Origin: Gemmatimonadota bacterium
GTDB lineage: Bacteria; Gemmatimonadota; Gemmatimonadetes; Gemmatimonadales; Gemmatimonadaceae
DNA: 64,000 bases
Reading direction: 5' to 3'
NCBI GenBank assembly: GCA_031372565.1
Contig: JANMLN010000192.1
Coordinates: 1 to 64,000 of the forward strand
The position numbers and the translations under genes are program-made. This document shows, in pieces, positions 60,202-64,000 of the stretch. Each line of letters opens with the position of its first letter. The first letter of the stretch is position 1. The notes under the pieces were generated by a model. The model did not search any database. It had not been told where the DNA came from and saw only the letters and a program-made list of their open reading frames with translations.

Positions 60202-61443
60202 TTACAGCGCGGGATCGCGCCCAGCACCGCGCTGCACCGCCGTGTCACCGAACTTGCCTCGAATCACGTCCACCGCCTGCGACAACTTGCGGTCGCGGGC
60301 CGACTCGACCGCCCCCGCGTCGCCTGCGGACGCCGCCGCGTCGAACAGCCCCGGCTGCCGGTCGGCCGCGTCCGAGAGCCCCGACACCCCCACCCCGGCA
60401 AGCCGAACAGGCGCGCGCCGCCGTCGCCTGAGCGCCAGGAGGAGCGCGAGTGCGAGATCCGTGACCGCGCGATCGGACTCGATCGCATCCTGCACGGTGC
60501 GGCTGGCCGAGCGAACGGAGAAATCGGTGTACTTGAGCTTGACCGTGACGGTGCGCGCCATGAGGCGACTCCCCCGCAGATCGGTCGCGACGCGCGCGGC
60601 GAGCCCGGCCACCTCCCGCTGTATCGCGGATTCGCTCGCAATGTCGCGGCGGAAGGTGTCCTCGTGGCTCACGCTCTTGGCCGGCTCGCGCGCGGTGATC
60701 GTCGCATCGCCGATGCCGCGCACGCGCCTCCAGAGCCACCCCCCCGCGCGCGCGCCGAACCAGCGCTCGAGGGTGGTGATGTCATGCGGCAGCACGTCGG
60801 CCGCGCGCAGCAGCTCGCGTGCGCTGAGCGCCTGCTGGAAGCGCGGGCCGATCCCCGGGATATCGGCGAGCGCGACCTGCTCGGCCATGAAGCGTGCTTC
60901 GTCGCCCGGATCGACCACGAAGACGCCGGTGCGATTCGTGCCGGGCTTCGGCTTGCCGAACTCGACCGCGAGCTTGGCGATCAGCCGATTCGTGCCGCCG
61001 CCGAACGACACGGCGAGGCCGGTGGTTGCCTGCACGGCGGCCCGGATGCGCGCGGCCGTGTGGGCCAGCGATTCGTGCTGATACAGCGCCTCGGTACCCG
61101 AGAGATCGAGGTACCACTCGTCGATGCTCGCCCCGCGCACCACGGGGGTGAACTGCTCGAGCACGGCGCGAATGGCGCGACTCATCCGGGAACAGGCGCC
61201 GCGCGGCACGGGAATGCAGAGCGCGTCGGGGCAGAGGCGCAGCGCCCGCGCGATGGGCATGCCGCTGCGCACGCCGAAGGCCCGCGTCTCGTATGAGGCC
61301 GAGCAGACCACGCCACGACTGCCCGGTCGTCCACCCACGATCAGCCGGGTCGCTCGGCCCGCGCCTTCCGGATCGACGAGTCGCGCGACGGCCACGAAGA
61401 ACTGGTCGGCGTCAGCGAGGAGAATGCGACGCGGGGCGCTCAT
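60202..61443 (-). CDS. dinB: DNA polymerase IV (Y-family)
   Basis: DADQFFVAV, SASYETRAFGVRSGMP, ASIDEWYLD, IAKLA, IPGIG, KSVSHEDTF, TVTVKLKY. Confidence 0.93.
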   Translation of the reverse strand: MSAPRRILLADADQFFVAVARLVDPEGAGRATRLIVGGRPGSRGVVCSASYETRAFGVRSGMPIARALRLCPDALCIPVPRGACSRMSRAIRAVLEQFTPVVRGASIDEWYLDLSGTEALYQHESLAHTAARIRAAVQATTGLAVSFGGGTNRLIAKLAVEFGKPKPGTNRTGVFVVDPGDEARFMAEQVALADIPGIGPRFQQALSARELLRAADVLPHDITTLERWFGARAGGWLWRRVRGIGDATITAREPAKSVSHEDTFRRDIASESAIQREVAGLAARVATDLRGSRLMARTVTVKLKYTDFSVRSASRTVQDAIESDRAVTDLALALLLALRRRRRAPVRLAGVGVSGLSDAADRQPGLFDAAASAGDAGAVESARDRKLSQAVDVIRGKFGDTAVQRGAGRDPAL

Positions 61444-61465
61444 CCGGTCCGGGGCCGCCCGCGTG

Positions 61466-61981
61466 CTACCTGGGCGCGATCGCGCCCTTCACCGCGTCGA
61501 GGGTGGGCGTCAACGAGGCAAAGGTGTCGTGGTCGGCGCCCGCCGGGTACGGATTCTTCGACGCGATGATGCCGGCGTAGACGCGTCCGTTGGCGCGGGC
61601 GATCTCGACGCCAGCGGGCACCGGCTTCTGGCCAAGCTTTGCCGCGTCGTAGACCAGCACGGTCAGCAGTGACTGCGACTTGAGTGCCGAGGCCGTCGGT
61701 TGAAAGGCGAAGTGCACCACATGCCGCACGCCGGGCCAGGTGCCCGACGCACTGACCCCCGGTTCCTCGACGATGCGCACACGCGCCGACCAGGCGCCCG
61801 GCACCGCGTACTCGAAGTGACCCGTGAGCGAGGTGTAGACGCTTGGCGGTGCCTGCACGACCGCGCCGGCTGGCGCGTCGGTTGCTGGTGTGGCCGTGGC
61901 CTTGGCCTTGGGCTTGGGCGCATCGCACGCGGAGACGGCGAGCGTGGCCGCGAGCAGCGCGCCCCTCACGCGCGCGGTCAC
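61466..61981 (-). CDS. Hypothetical lipoprotein
   Basis: GTGA overlap; LAVSAC lipobox followed by a Pro/Ala/Lys linker. Confidence 0.72.
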   Translation of the reverse strand: MTARVRGALLAATLAVSACDAPKPKAKATATPATDAPAGAVVQAPPSVYTSLTGHFEYAVPGAWSARVRIVEEPGVSASGTWPGVRHVVHFAFQPTASALKSQSLLTVLVYDAAKLGQKPVPAGVEIARANGRVYAGIIASKNPYPAGADHDTFASLTPTLDAVKGAIAPR

Positions 61982-62484
61982 AGCGCCTTCCGGATGGCGT
62001 CCGCCAACTTCTGGTCGGCGCCCATGCCCGAGTACACGACCTTCCCCGTCTTGTCGAGGATCACGACATAGCTCGTGCCGGGCGCGTCGAACTTCTCGCT
62101 TGCTTCGCCCGAGCGGTCGTACAACACGTCGCCGACCAGCGGGTGGGTCGCGAGGTGCTTGATGACGACCTCAGGCGTCTCGTTGAACGAGACGGCAATC
62201 GTGAGGAACTTGATTCGACCGGCATGCCGCTTGGCGGCGGCGGCGATCTGCGGCGCGAGCGCGCGGCAATTGCCGCACCACGCGGCCCAGAACTCGATGA
62301 GGACCGGGCCCTTGCCGACGTACGTGGCGATGTCGGCCTTCTGCCCTTGCAGCGTTTCGAGCGGTGCCGACGTCGGCGCCATGGCGCCAACCTTGAGTCC
62401 TTCCTGTGCCTGCGCCCGTGGTGCGGCGGCCACGAGGAGGGCAGCGCACAGCGCCACAACGGTCGAGCTGCGATTTAGTATCAT
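61978..62484 (-). CDS. TlpA/ResA-family thiol-disulfide oxidoreductase
   Basis: Signal peptide; GLKVG..AP, KGPVLIEFWAAWCGNC, APGTSYVVILDKTGKV. Confidence 0.88.
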   Translation of the reverse strand: MILNRSSTVVALCAALLVAAAPRAQAQEGLKVGAMAPTSAPLETLQGQKADIATYVGKGPVLIEFWAAWCGNCRALAPQIAAAAKRHAGRIKFLTIAVSFNETPEVVIKHLATHPLVGDVLYDRSGEASEKFDAPGTSYVVILDKTGKVVYSGMGADQKLADAIRKAL

Positions 62485-62679
62485 GATGTCAACAATTGCA
62501 GCGAGGGTCGCATCCGGAGCGCTGGTCCCGTCATGCACGCGCGGTGCGTGCGACCAACGGGCCACGGGATCGCGACGATCCCGGACGCATCCTGTACCCA
62601 CCCCGACGCGGGGAGGTTCGTCGAATGTATCCCACGCTGCGCCACGCTGTGGAGTGGCCGACTCCCGGGCAAGGCGCCG

Positions 62680-62746
62680 TGTCGTCCTGAGCGCATCGTC
62701 GTCCTGAGCGCATTGTCGTCCTGAGCGCAGCGAAGGACCTGCTTTT
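62680..62746. repeat. REP-like repeat copy 5: three tandem 17-bp terminal units plus the left arm only
   Basis: tgtcgtcctgagcgcat-cgtcgtcctgagcgcat-tgtcgtcctgagcgcagcgaaggacctgctttt. Confidence 0.85.
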
Positions 62747-62851
62747 CCCCTTCTCCCCACCCCCCATCCACCGCCGACCCACCCGGCTAGATTCCCCGTC
62801 CGCCGCATTCGGCGCCCCGCACGCCTCAACCGCTTCTCTCCGACCCGATCC

Positions 62852-64000
<1,149 letters not shown>

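Noticed and set aside
60202..61470. SOS mutagenesis cassette or LexA box around dinB
   Set aside because: No imuA/dnaE2 neighbours and no recognisable operator in the 22-nt upstream gap
62680..62730. Possible mini-CRISPR array
   Set aside because: The 17-bp units abut with no spacers, no cas genes are present, and the unit is the end of the dispersed palindromic repeat

Overview
High-GC (roughly 70% by eye) bacterial chromosomal window. Gene content and protein style suggest a Gemmatimonadota-like organism (inference only). About 50 CDS are supportable; I found no rRNA, tRNA, CRISPR array, transposase or prophage. Housekeeping genes: FeS-type photolyase, tkt, plastid/Chlamydia-type fabI, Sua5/TsaC, dinB and partial ettA. 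Exported proteins: two VPS10/BNR proteins, DUF5916, an M16 peptidase pair, a Tat beta-carbonic anhydrase and VIT-vWA. The most interesting loci are: (1) 9.7-17 kb, a HEAT-like/HD-GYP pair sharing an N-terminal domain, followed by a coiled-coil protein, a membrane protein joining a cytoplasmic longin/roadblock-like domain to a periplasmic OmpA-like domain, a Rab-like GTPase and a PP2C phosphatase; (2) 53.5-60.1 kb, a hybrid kinase-Hpt, then an ATPase-less MshEN-REC twin, then a PilB/GspE-type ATPase with a fused receiver that has lost its Cys4 zinc site, with no pilus or T2SS structural genes in the window; (3) an R2lox-SCP2-flippase-phosphoesterase lipid operon; (4) a palindromic REP-like repeat (5 copies) that sits at gene ends, supplies two stop codons and shows tandem duplication of its terminus; (5) a 55-aa Cys/His microprotein missing from the ORF track. 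All family calls come from manual motif recognition; no database search was run.
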